DNA from: an uncultured Bordetella sp.
GTDB taxonomy: Bacteria > Pseudomonadota > Gammaproteobacteria > Burkholderiales > SG8-41
Assembly (NCBI GenBank): GCA_964531455.1
Contig: CAZHFZ010000011.1
Location: forward strand, 14,213 to 78,212
Reading direction: 5' to 3'
Length of the DNA stretch: 64,000 nt
Made by a program: the position numbers and the translations under genes. The notes below the pieces were generated by a model, which ran no database searches, was not told where the DNA came from, and worked only from the letters and a program-made list of their open reading frames with translations. This document shows, piece after piece, positions 28,781 through 36,657 of this stretch. The stretch's first letter is position 1. Every line of letters begins with the position of its first letter.

Positions 28781-29730
28781 GATTGCCGGGCGAGTGCTGC
28801 AAGAATCTCCGCAGCGCCCCTGCCCTTCAGGTCATCGGCAAGGGACAGACCTATGGCTTCTGCCTTATCGGGGTTGCCTGCCGCCTCACCGCGGATAATC
28901 TGCGAACCGTCAGGTGCGCCGACCAATCCGCGCAACCTGAGCTGCCCGCCGGCTATTTCAGCAAAACCCGCCAGCGGCACATTGCAGCTTCCGGCGAGGG
29001 CCCGGGAAAAAGCACGCTCAGCGAGCACACATTGCCGCGTCGATGCATGAACCATTGGTGACAGCAACTCGAATACATCGCGACGATCGTCCCGGCACTC
29101 GATGCCCAGCGCACCCTGTCCCACGGCAGGCAGGCTCTCCTCGGGCGTCAGCAGTGCGGCAATACGATCTGCCAGACCCAACCGCTTCAATCCGGCAGCG
29201 GCCAGAATAATCGCGCTGTACTGGCCTTCATCCAGTTTACGCAGCCGCGTCTGCACGTTGCCGCGCAGCGGTTCAATCACAAGCTGTGGAAAGCCGGCGC
29301 GCAGCTGGCATTCACGGCGCAGGCTTGATGTCCCGACGCGCGCACCCGCCGGCAGTTCCGAAAGGCTGCGAAAATGATTGGAAACAAATGCATCGCGGGG
29401 ATCCGCGCGTTCCAATGTTGCCGCCAGCGCGAAGCCCGGCGGCAAATGCATCGGCACATCCTTCATCGAATGCACCGCGAGATCCGCACGGCCGTCGGCA
29501 AGAGCGTCTTCCAGTTCCTTGACGAACAGACCCTTGCCGCCAATTTTGGCCAGGGAACTGCCGAGATTGCGGTCACCTTCGGTGGTCATGCCCAGAATCG
29601 ATACTGAACGCTCCGGATATAATCGTTGCAGTTCTGCCTGCACATGCCGCGCCTGCCACAACGCCAGCGCAGATTCCCGAGTGGCGATCACGATCGAACC
29701 GGCCTCACGTCCGAAAACATTCGGTATCAT
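28777..29730 (-). CDS. hemC: hydroxymethylbilane synthase (porphobilinogen deaminase)
   Basis: '[13 protein letters not shown]', 'GDR...KGLFVKELE' and 'GSCNVPLAG' (the cofactor-binding Cys). Confidence 0.95.
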   Translation of the reverse strand: MIPNVFGREAGSIVIATRESALALWQARHVQAELQRLYPERSVSILGMTTEGDRNLGSSLAKIGGKGLFVKELEDALADGRADLAVHSMKDVPMHLPPGFALAATLERADPRDAFVSNHFRSLSELPAGARVGTSSLRRECQLRAGFPQLVIEPLRGNVQTRLRKLDEGQYSAIILAAAGLKRLGLADRIAALLTPEESLPAVGQGALGIECRDDRRDVFELLSPMVHASTRQCVLAERAFSRALAGSCNVPLAGFAEIAGGQLRLRGLVGAPDGSQIIRGEAAGNPDKAEAIGLSLADDLKGRGAAEILAALARQS

Positions 29731-29740
29731 ATTGATTAAA

Positions 29741-30217
29741 TTGAATATTTTATCTGTTTATCGCTGGCTGATTGTAACATGCGCCTTGCTGACTGCAGGT
29801 CCGTTGATGGCGCAACTGCTGCCGGCAGGCGACCTGATGCAGGTTGCGGCAGAAGCCCGCAGCAAACGCGTGCCGATACTGGTTGCCTTCATGCAGCAGT
29901 CCTGCCCGTACTGCGCCATTGCGCGCCGTGACTATCTGTTGCCGCTACAGGCCGATCCGCAATGGCGGCATCGCGTATTGATCCGCGAAGTTGATGTTGA
30001 TCGCAACACACCGATGCGCGATTTCACCGGCGCAGCGACAACGCAACGCGCGTTTTCGCGCATTCACGAGGCGCGACGGGTGCCGACGCTGATCTTCTTT
30101 GATGCCGACGGCAATCGCGTTGGGCAGCCGATCATCGGATTGCTCTCCGAGGATTTCTACAGGCTCTACATTGAGCAGGGGATTGAAGCGGGCCTCGCGA
30201 AAATGCGCAAGCGCTGA
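29741..30217 (+). CDS. periplasmic thioredoxin-fold protein (CPYC active site)
   Basis: In-frame TTG at 29741 gives a signal-peptide-like N-terminus ([23 protein letters not shown]), followed by '[12 protein letters not shown]' and '[11 protein letters not shown]'. The start codon is uncertain. Confidence 0.65.
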   Translation: MNILSVYRWLIVTCALLTAGPLMAQLLPAGDLMQVAAEARSKRVPILVAFMQQSCPYCAIARRDYLLPLQADPQWRHRVLIREVDVDRNTPMRDFTGAATTQRAFSRIHEARRVPTLIFFDADGNRVGQPIIGLLSEDFYRLYIEQGIEAGLAKMRKR

Positions 30218-30224
30218 GCGGACC

Positions 30225-30983
30225 TCAGCGCACCAGATCACGCACGATGTGCTGTTGGCGGCGGCTCACCGGGATGCGTTCCTCCAATCCTGCCAGCAAC
30301 ACCTGCCACGGGCCGTCGCCGGATTCGCCGCCTATACGCTCAAATCCGCGAATCGCCGCGCGCGCCACCAGACAGTTGCGATGCACACGCACAAATTGCG
30401 CGGCAAACTCCTGTTCGAGACGGGTCAATGATTCCTCGATCAGGTGCTCTCGCTGCGCAGTGCGTACCGTCACGTACTTCAGTTCGGCGCGCAAATACAG
30501 CACCTCTGCTATCGGGATCAAATGCACCTTTCCGCGCTCGACCGCACTCAGACAGCTCCGTGGCGCAGGCTGCAATTCGCGAAGGATTTCTGCCTTCGGC
30601 ATCAACGTGCGCGAAGCCCGCACCAGCGCTTCCTGCAATCGCGTGGCGCGAATCGGCTTCAGCAGGTAATCCACGGCATGCAACTCGAATGCGCGTATGG
30701 CATAGCTGTCAAACGCCGTCGTAAAAATGACCGCCGGCGGCTCCTGCAACCGGCGCAGATGCTGGGCCACCTCGATGCCGTCCATCCCGGGCATGCGCAC
30801 ATCGAGGAGGATTACATCGACCGCGACTGCTTCCGTGATCTCCAAGGCCTCGCGGCCGTTGCCGGCTTCGCCGACCACAGTCACCGGCAGCGCATCACCG
30901 ATGTCCGTCAGCAGGTCGTGCATGCGGCTGCGCGCCGGCGCCTCATCATCAACGATCAGCACCCGCAGCGGCTGCGCGATCAC
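30225..30983 (-). CDS. algR: LytTR-family response regulator (AlgR-like)
   Basis: Receiver domain 'LRVLIVDDE...LLDVRMPGMDG' plus a C-terminal LytTR DNA-binding domain. The synteny with hemC and argH matches the Pseudomonas algZ-algR-hemC arrangement. Confidence 0.8.
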   Translation of the reverse strand: MIAQPLRVLIVDDEAPARSRMHDLLTDIGDALPVTVVGEAGNGREALEITEAVAVDVILLDVRMPGMDGIEVAQHLRRLQEPPAVIFTTAFDSYAIRAFELHAVDYLLKPIRATRLQEALVRASRTLMPKAEILRELQPAPRSCLSAVERGKVHLIPIAEVLYLRAELKYVTVRTAQREHLIEESLTRLEQEFAAQFVRVHRNCLVARAAIRGFERIGGESGDGPWQVLLAGLEERIPVSRRQQHIVRDLVR

Positions 30984-31010
30984 GTGCGCTCCGCCTTCAC
31001 AGTTTTGCCT

Positions 31011-32027
31011 TCACCGCTTTGCTTTGACATAAGGCATCGACATGCGCACCTCGTACATATTGTCGCCCACCCGGGTACTCATTTCGGCGGCCACATCGAA
31101 ATGCAATTGCAGCCGCTCACGGATATTGCCCACCGCCATTTTGTTGCCCACATGATGGGTGCCGCTCGCGCAATACGGATTGCGCAGCACGACATGCAGC
31201 CGGTCACGCGCAGCATAGATGTTGATGCTGACCACGCCGGGCGCCTCACTCGGCTCAATGCCATGGTAAACAGCATTTTCCAGCAAAGGTTGCAGGGTCA
31301 GCGGAGGCACCAGCGCATCCCGTGGCATTTTGTCGATATGCCATTCGATCTGCAGCCGGTCGCCGAGCCGCAACTGCTCCAGATTCAGATACTGCCGGCA
31401 CAGCTCGATCTCATTGACCAGAGGCGTCAGTTCGCGGTTGTCAGCCATCAGCGCGCGAAACAGTTCTGCCATGTCTTCCAGGGCCGTTTCGGCACGACGC
31501 GGCTCCTGCCGCACCAGTGAAAGCACGGCGTTGATGCTGTTGAACAGGAAATGCGGGCGGATACGCGCCTGCAGCGCCTGCAGCCGGGCCTCGGCCAGTG
31601 CAGGCGACAAGGCACGGCCGCGCAGATCGAAATACGCCAGCAGCATCGCCACAACCAGCACTACGATCAGCAGCCAGCGCGCCAGCGACGCCGGCTCCCC
31701 GATCAGCAACCAGTGGCTGGCGTAATGCAGGACGCTGGTCAACGTTATTTCAATTAACAGCACTGAGGCAACACCCAAGGCATAGGGAAGCCTGCGCAAC
31801 AACCCTCTCAGTGCCGCCAGCGCCAGCAGACTGACCATCAGCAATGGTTCGACCAAAGCCGCGTTGGCGGTGAACTGGCGCGGCCATTCACGCACGCTTT
31901 GCACCTGCAACAGCGCCGCCAACAAGGCGATGCCATTCACGATCAGCAAGATGCGCAGCAATATTCCGAGATTGCGGAAGTCGGGAAGAGCGCCGCTATG
32001 GGCGTTATGATTTATACTCTGCGCCAT
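31011..32027 (-). CDS. LytS/YehU-type sensor histidine kinase (AlgZ/FimS-like)
   Basis: N-terminal TM bundle, 'RPHFLFNSINAVLSL' (H-box of the His_kinase family) and 'LQPLLENAVYHGI' (N-box). Confidence 0.82.
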   Translation of the reverse strand: MAQSINHNAHSGALPDFRNLGILLRILLIVNGIALLAALLQVQSVREWPRQFTANAALVEPLLMVSLLALAALRGLLRRLPYALGVASVLLIEITLTSVLHYASHWLLIGEPASLARWLLIVVLVVAMLLAYFDLRGRALSPALAEARLQALQARIRPHFLFNSINAVLSLVRQEPRRAETALEDMAELFRALMADNRELTPLVNEIELCRQYLNLEQLRLGDRLQIEWHIDKMPRDALVPPLTLQPLLENAVYHGIEPSEAPGVVSINIYAARDRLHVVLRNPYCASGTHHVGNKMAVGNIRERLQLHFDVAAEMSTRVGDNMYEVRMSMPYVKAKR

Positions 32028-32074
32028 GACTGTTTCATTCTAGCAGGCCCCACCCACAGGCCGTCCGCAACACC

Positions 32075-33493
32075 ATGTCCGCAAAAGAAAAAACCCCAAG
32101 CAGCAGTGTGAAACCCGGCGCCACCAAACTCTGGTCCGGTCGCTTCAGCGAACCTGTTGATGATCTGGTCAAACGCTTCACGGCTTCGGTCGGTTTCGAC
32201 CAGCGCCTCGCCGAATTCGACATTCAGGGTTCGATCGCCCATGCGCGCATGCTGCGCGCGGTGGGCATTCTGATACCCGCCGATCTCGAGGCCATCGAAA
32301 AAGGGCTTGCCAGCATCGGCGCGGAAATCCGCGAAGGCACCTTCCCGTGGTCGCTGGACCTTGAAGACGTTCATCTGAATATCGAAAAACGCCTGACCGA
32401 CATGGTCGGCGATGCCGGCAAGCGCCTGCATACCGGACGCTCGCGCAACGACCAGGTCGCCACCGACGTGCGGCTGTATCTGCGCGCCGGCATTGATCAC
32501 GTGCTGACCCTGATCAAGGGACTGCAGCGCGCACTGCTCGACCTTGCCGAGAAACACACCGAAACCGTGATGCCGGGCTTCACCCACCTGCAGGTTGCGC
32601 AGCCGGTATCTTTTGCGCATCATCTGCTGGCCTACTACGAAATGCTGTCGCGCGATGCGCAGCGTTTTGCCGACTGCCGCAAACGCGTGAACCGGCTGCC
32701 GCTGGGCGCCGCCGCGCTCGCCGGCACCTCTTTCCCGATCGATCGCCAGATGGTCGCCAAGGAACTGGGCTTTGACGGTGTCTGCGAAAACTCGCTGGAT
32801 GCCGTATCCGACCGCGATTTCGCCATCGAATTCGTCGCTGCCGGCGCACTGACCATGACCCATCTGTCACGCTTCAGCGAAGAGCTGATCCTGTGGATGA
32901 GCCCGCGTTTCGGCTTCATCGACATCGCCGACCGCTACTGCACCGGCTCGTCGATCATGCCGCAGAAAAAAAATCCTGACGTCGCGGAACTGGTACGCGG
33001 CAAGACCGGCCGGGTTAATGGCCACCTCGTTGCGCTGTTGACCCTGATGAAAGGCCAGCCCCTCGCGTACAACAAGGACAACCAGGAAGACAAGGAACCC
33101 CTGCTTGACACCATGGACACGCTGCTGATGAGCCTGGCCGTGTTTACCGGCATGGTCGGCGGCATTACGGTGAAACCCGAGGCCATGCGCGCCGCAGCGC
33201 TTGAAGGTTATGCCACCGCCACCGACCTCGCAGATTATCTGGTCAAGAAAGGCCTGCCGTTCCGCGAAGCGCACGAAGTAGTGGCGCAGGCCGTACGCCA
33301 GGCTGAAACGCGGCGTTGTGATCTGTCCGAAATGTCGCTCGATGATCTGCGCCAGTTCTCCAGCCTGATCGGCCCCGAAGTATTTGAAGCACTGACACTG
33401 GAGGGCTCGATGAAAAGCCGCAGCCATATCGGCGGCACCGCACCGGCCCGGGTCAAGGCTGCAATCACAAAAGCGCGCAAGGCGCTGGCATAA
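32075..33493 (+). CDS. argH: argininosuccinate lyase
   Basis: 'LWSGRF' and the fumarate-lyase signature '[12 protein letters not shown]'. 472 aa. Confidence 0.96.
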   Translation: MSAKEKTPSSSVKPGATKLWSGRFSEPVDDLVKRFTASVGFDQRLAEFDIQGSIAHARMLRAVGILIPADLEAIEKGLASIGAEIREGTFPWSLDLEDVHLNIEKRLTDMVGDAGKRLHTGRSRNDQVATDVRLYLRAGIDHVLTLIKGLQRALLDLAEKHTETVMPGFTHLQVAQPVSFAHHLLAYYEMLSRDAQRFADCRKRVNRLPLGAAALAGTSFPIDRQMVAKELGFDGVCENSLDAVSDRDFAIEFVAAGALTMTHLSRFSEELILWMSPRFGFIDIADRYCTGSSIMPQKKNPDVAELVRGKTGRVNGHLVALLTLMKGQPLAYNKDNQEDKEPLLDTMDTLLMSLAVFTGMVGGITVKPEAMRAAALEGYATATDLADYLVKKGLPFREAHEVVAQAVRQAETRRCDLSEMSLDDLRQFSSLIGPEVFEALTLEGSMKSRSHIGGTAPARVKAAITKARKALA

Positions 33494-33496
33494 CAC

Positions 33497-34525
33497 CTAA
33501 TCAGGGGCTGGTGCCGCAGCGCTCTCGCGAACGATCAACTCGGTCGGCAGTTTGTTGCGCAATTCCACCGCCCGGTCATCCAGTCGCGCCAGCAGGTGAT
33601 TGGCCGCGTAGACACCCATTTCCTCCGTCGGGAAACGCACGGTAGTCAAAGTGGGCGTGATCAACGAAGCCATTTCCATATCATCGAAGCCGGTAATGGA
33701 GATGTCGCCCGGCACCTTGAGACCCCGGGCATGGCACTCGGCAATCGCACCGATCGCCAGCACGTCATTGCCGCAAATCACCGCCGTCGGGCTTGTGCCG
33801 CCCTTCAGCACTTCACGCAAACCTTCGCGGCCACCGGTATGGGTGTACGGCTTTTCGATTACCGCATCGGGCGACAAGGCCATGCCGCGCGCGGACAGCG
33901 CATCACGCACGCCGGCCAGCCGCTCCTGCGCCCGTTCGTTATGCGCCGTTATTCCCGAGATCATCGCAAAGCGGCGGTGCCCGAGATCGAGCAGATGATT
34001 GGCGATGCACATGCCGGCCGCACGATTGTCGAAACCAACGCAGGGACGATTTCCGCTTTCATCAAAAGCCCAGGTCAGCACGTAAGGCAGGTTATGCGAC
34101 TCAAGCATGCGGTAGATGTCGGGGTGATGAGTGGTACCCAGCAGCACCAGACCGTCGACGCCGCGCTCGATCAACGTGCGCGTCACCCTTGCCTCGATGT
34201 CGGCATCGAATTCGTGGCTGGCCAGCAACAGAACATAACCCGCGGCATCCAGCGTGCGCTGCAAAGCCTGAATGGTATTGGCGAAGATCGCATTATCGAG
34301 CGTTGGCACGACCGCGCCGATGGCATGCGTGCGCCGTGAAGCCAATGCGCGCGCCGCGCCGTGCGCGACATAACCCAGCGTACTGGCCGCCTGCTGCACG
34401 CGCTCCAGCGTTCGCGCCTTGACCTTGTGCGGCAGGGTCAGCGCGCGCGAAACCGTAGCCGTCGATACCTTGGCAAGACGGGCAACGTCTTCGAGTCGTG
34501 CGGCTTTGCTGGATCGGGTCTTCAT
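33497..34525 (-). CDS. LacI family transcriptional regulator
   Basis: Start trimmed to MKTRSSKAARLEDVARLAKVSTATVSRAL (LacI-type HTH), followed by a periplasmic-binding-protein-like sugar-binding fold. Confidence 0.88.
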   Translation of the reverse strand: MKTRSSKAARLEDVARLAKVSTATVSRALTLPHKVKARTLERVQQAASTLGYVAHGAARALASRRTHAIGAVVPTLDNAIFANTIQALQRTLDAAGYVLLLASHEFDADIEARVTRTLIERGVDGLVLLGTTHHPDIYRMLESHNLPYVLTWAFDESGNRPCVGFDNRAAGMCIANHLLDLGHRRFAMISGITAHNERAQERLAGVRDALSARGMALSPDAVIEKPYTHTGGREGLREVLKGGTSPTAVICGNDVLAIGAIAECHARGLKVPGDISITGFDDMEMASLITPTLTTVRFPTEEMGVYAANHLLARLDDRAVELRNKLPTELIVRESAAAPAPD

Positions 34526-34531
34526 TGGATG

Positions 34532-34557
34532 AAAAAGCCGGCGCAAGCCGGCTTTTT
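34532..34557. terminator. rho-independent (bidirectional-type) terminator after the xsc-like gene, copy 1 of a repeated hairpin
   Basis: AAAAAGCCGGC-GCAA-GCCGGCTTTTT. Its reverse complement is identical over 25 nt to the hairpin at 40383..40407. Confidence 0.75.
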
Positions 34558-34574
34558 CCTGAGTGGCAGCAGAT

Positions 34575-36344
34575 TCAGCGGTACTGCTTGGCGCTGAACT
34601 TGCGGTATTTGGCCAGCAGGCGCTGAGGCTGACGGAAAGCATCGCGGCGGAACGGGTCACCCAGTTCCTGCGTCAGCATCATATTGATCACCGTCGGCCT
34701 GTTGGAACGCACCGCTGCGCGCAGCGCATCGCCCACTTCATCGACATGCTCCACGGTCAGGCCTTGCGCACCCATCGATTCCGCGACATCGGCAAAATTC
34801 GGATTCTGCAGATTGGTGCCAAGGAAACGGTTCTCGAAATAGTCGATCTGGTTTTTCTTTTCCGCGCCCCATTGACCGTTGTTGAAGACCACGGCGATCG
34901 CCGGAATCTTTTCACGCACGCAGGTCATGACTTCATTCAGGCTCATGCCCCAGGCGCCATCACCGACATAGGCAATGGCCGGACGGTCCGGACGGCCGAC
35001 CTTGGCGCCCATTACCGCCGGGAACGCGTAACCGCAGTTGCCGAAACTCATTGCCGCGAGGAAGGACGGCGCCTGCTCGAAATGCAGATAGCTGTTCGAC
35101 ACCGAGCAGACGTTACCGATATCGGTCGACACCATGGCGTTTTTCGGCATCGCACGCGCCAGCGCGGCCAGCGCCTGGCGCGGTCCGATGCGCGTCTTGG
35201 TATTCGGCGACGGCCATTTGTCGAGTTCCTCGGCCCAGGCTTTTTTCTCTTTCTGCACTTCCGCCAGGCGCGCCTTGTTCGGCGTCATCTTGGCAATGGC
35301 CTTGACGCGTTCGAGCAATGCAACCGCTGCGTGTTTGGCGTCACCGCAGATACCAACCGTGGTTTTCTTGACCAGGCCCAACATGCGCGAGTCGGCGTCG
35401 ATCTGGATGATCTTGGCGTTTTTCGGCCAGTAATCTAGGCCATGCTGCGGCAATGTGCCGAACGGTCCCAACCGTGAACCCAGCGCCAGCACCACGTCGG
35501 CCTTGGCAATCAGCTTCATCGCCGCCTTCGAGCCCTGATAACCCAGCGGACCACAGCACAGCGGATGGCTGGCCGGGAAGGAGTCATTGTGCAGATAGGA
35601 GTTCACCACCGGCGCGGTCAGATACTCGGCCAGCGCCGCGCATTCCTTGATGCCACCGGCCATGATCACGCCACCACCGGACAGAATCACCGGGAACTTG
35701 GCCTTGGCCAGCATGCGTGCTGCCGCATCCAGCGATTCCGGACCACCGGCACCACGCTCCAGCTTGTGCGGCTGCGGAATATCGTATTCGCCTTCACCGT
35801 AGAAATAGTCGCGCGGAATGTTCACCTGCACCGGGCCGCGCTCGGCCATCGCGATGTCAAAGGCGCGGCCAGTCAGTTCTGCGATGCGCAGCGGCGAATT
35901 GACGTGCACCTGCCATTTGGTGATTTTCGAAAAAATCGGCATCTGCTCGGTTTCCTGGAAACCACCGAGGCCCATGGACATGCTGCCCGATTCCGGCGTC
36001 ACGCAGACCACCGGCGAATGTGCCCAGTAAGCCGCGGCAATGCCGGTGACGAAGTTGGTAATGCCGGGGCCGTTCTGCGCGATGCAAACCCCGTGTTTGC
36101 CGGTCACCCGCGAATAACCGTCGGCCATGTGCGCCGCGTTCTGCTCATGCGCCACCGACAGGAAACGGATACCGGCGAGCGGGAACAGGTCGTGCGCGTC
36201 CATATAGGCCGAGCCGACGATGCCGAAGGTGTCTTTGACGCCCTGCGCCACCAGCGTTTCGACAAACGCTTCGGAGGGGGTCATGCGAATCTTGCCGCTG
36301 GCGCCAGCCTTGGCGATATTTTTGCTGTCCGACATCGTGTTCAT
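34575..36344 (-). CDS. xsc: thiamine-diphosphate enzyme, sulfoacetaldehyde acetyltransferase (Xsc)-like
   Basis: Start trimmed to MNTMSDSKN... Motifs 'RMTPSEAFVETLVAQGV', 'QNGPGITNFVTGIAAAYWAHSPVV', 'NIPRDYFYGE', 'GPLGYQGSKAAMKLI', 'GDGAWGMS' (ThDP motif) and 'ELGDPFRRDA' match my recollection of Xsc proteins. Other ALS-like ThDP enzymes are not excluded. Confidence 0.7.
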   Translation of the reverse strand: MNTMSDSKNIAKAGASGKIRMTPSEAFVETLVAQGVKDTFGIVGSAYMDAHDLFPLAGIRFLSVAHEQNAAHMADGYSRVTGKHGVCIAQNGPGITNFVTGIAAAYWAHSPVVCVTPESGSMSMGLGGFQETEQMPIFSKITKWQVHVNSPLRIAELTGRAFDIAMAERGPVQVNIPRDYFYGEGEYDIPQPHKLERGAGGPESLDAAARMLAKAKFPVILSGGGVIMAGGIKECAALAEYLTAPVVNSYLHNDSFPASHPLCCGPLGYQGSKAAMKLIAKADVVLALGSRLGPFGTLPQHGLDYWPKNAKIIQIDADSRMLGLVKKTTVGICGDAKHAAVALLERVKAIAKMTPNKARLAEVQKEKKAWAEELDKWPSPNTKTRIGPRQALAALARAMPKNAMVSTDIGNVCSVSNSYLHFEQAPSFLAAMSFGNCGYAFPAVMGAKVGRPDRPAIAYVGDGAWGMSLNEVMTCVREKIPAIAVVFNNGQWGAEKKNQIDYFENRFLGTNLQNPNFADVAESMGAQGLTVEHVDEVGDALRAAVRSNRPTVINMMLTQELGDPFRRDAFRQPQRLLAKYRKFSAKQYR

Positions 36345-36476
36345 GGAATCGTCCTCCGGATAAAAATGCGCGCCGCGCCACTCCGTGTTGCAAGGCTGCG
36401 GCCATCTGAATAGCTTCACCCGCCGGTCAAAGTACGCCACCGGGAGTCCCGCATGATACGATGGCCCGCGCCCCGG

Positions 36477-36490
36477 TGTAAACGCTTGCA
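36477..36490. promoter_or_regulatory. LacI/GalR-type operator candidate TGTAAACGCTTGCA in the divergent promoter region
   Basis: It fits every conserved position of the family consensus TGnAAnCGnTTnCA, with a central CG. It lies about 130 nt upstream of the xsc-like ATG and about 170 nt upstream of the proposed TTG start (36658) of the divergent gene. Confidence 0.6.
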
Positions 36491-36657
36491 CGAAGAAACG
36501 TAACTCATTGTTTTTAAATAATTTTTAAGCTGGCGGCGGGGTTGTCGTTTTATGCCAAGCCATTGTTTTTCCAGTGATTTCATGCGGTCGCGCCGCTCAA
36601 GTTACAATCCCCCGGGCGTTGCCTCACAGCGCTTTTGTCGTCACCCCCGGAGTCATT

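Noticed and set aside
36574-36657. N-terminal extensions implied by maximal ORFs. Examples are 36574 for the dehydrogenase, 3118 for the macro gene, 8674 for the esterase, 15265 for the kinase, 34660 for lacI, 36491 for xsc, 41765 for the ykgJ-like gene and 49916 for the CoA-transferase.
   Set aside because: The extensions overlap upstream genes or spacers, are Arg/Pro-rich, and precede the point where family-typical N-termini or signal peptides begin. I used internal ATG or TTG starts instead. Individual starts remain uncertain by one alternative codon.
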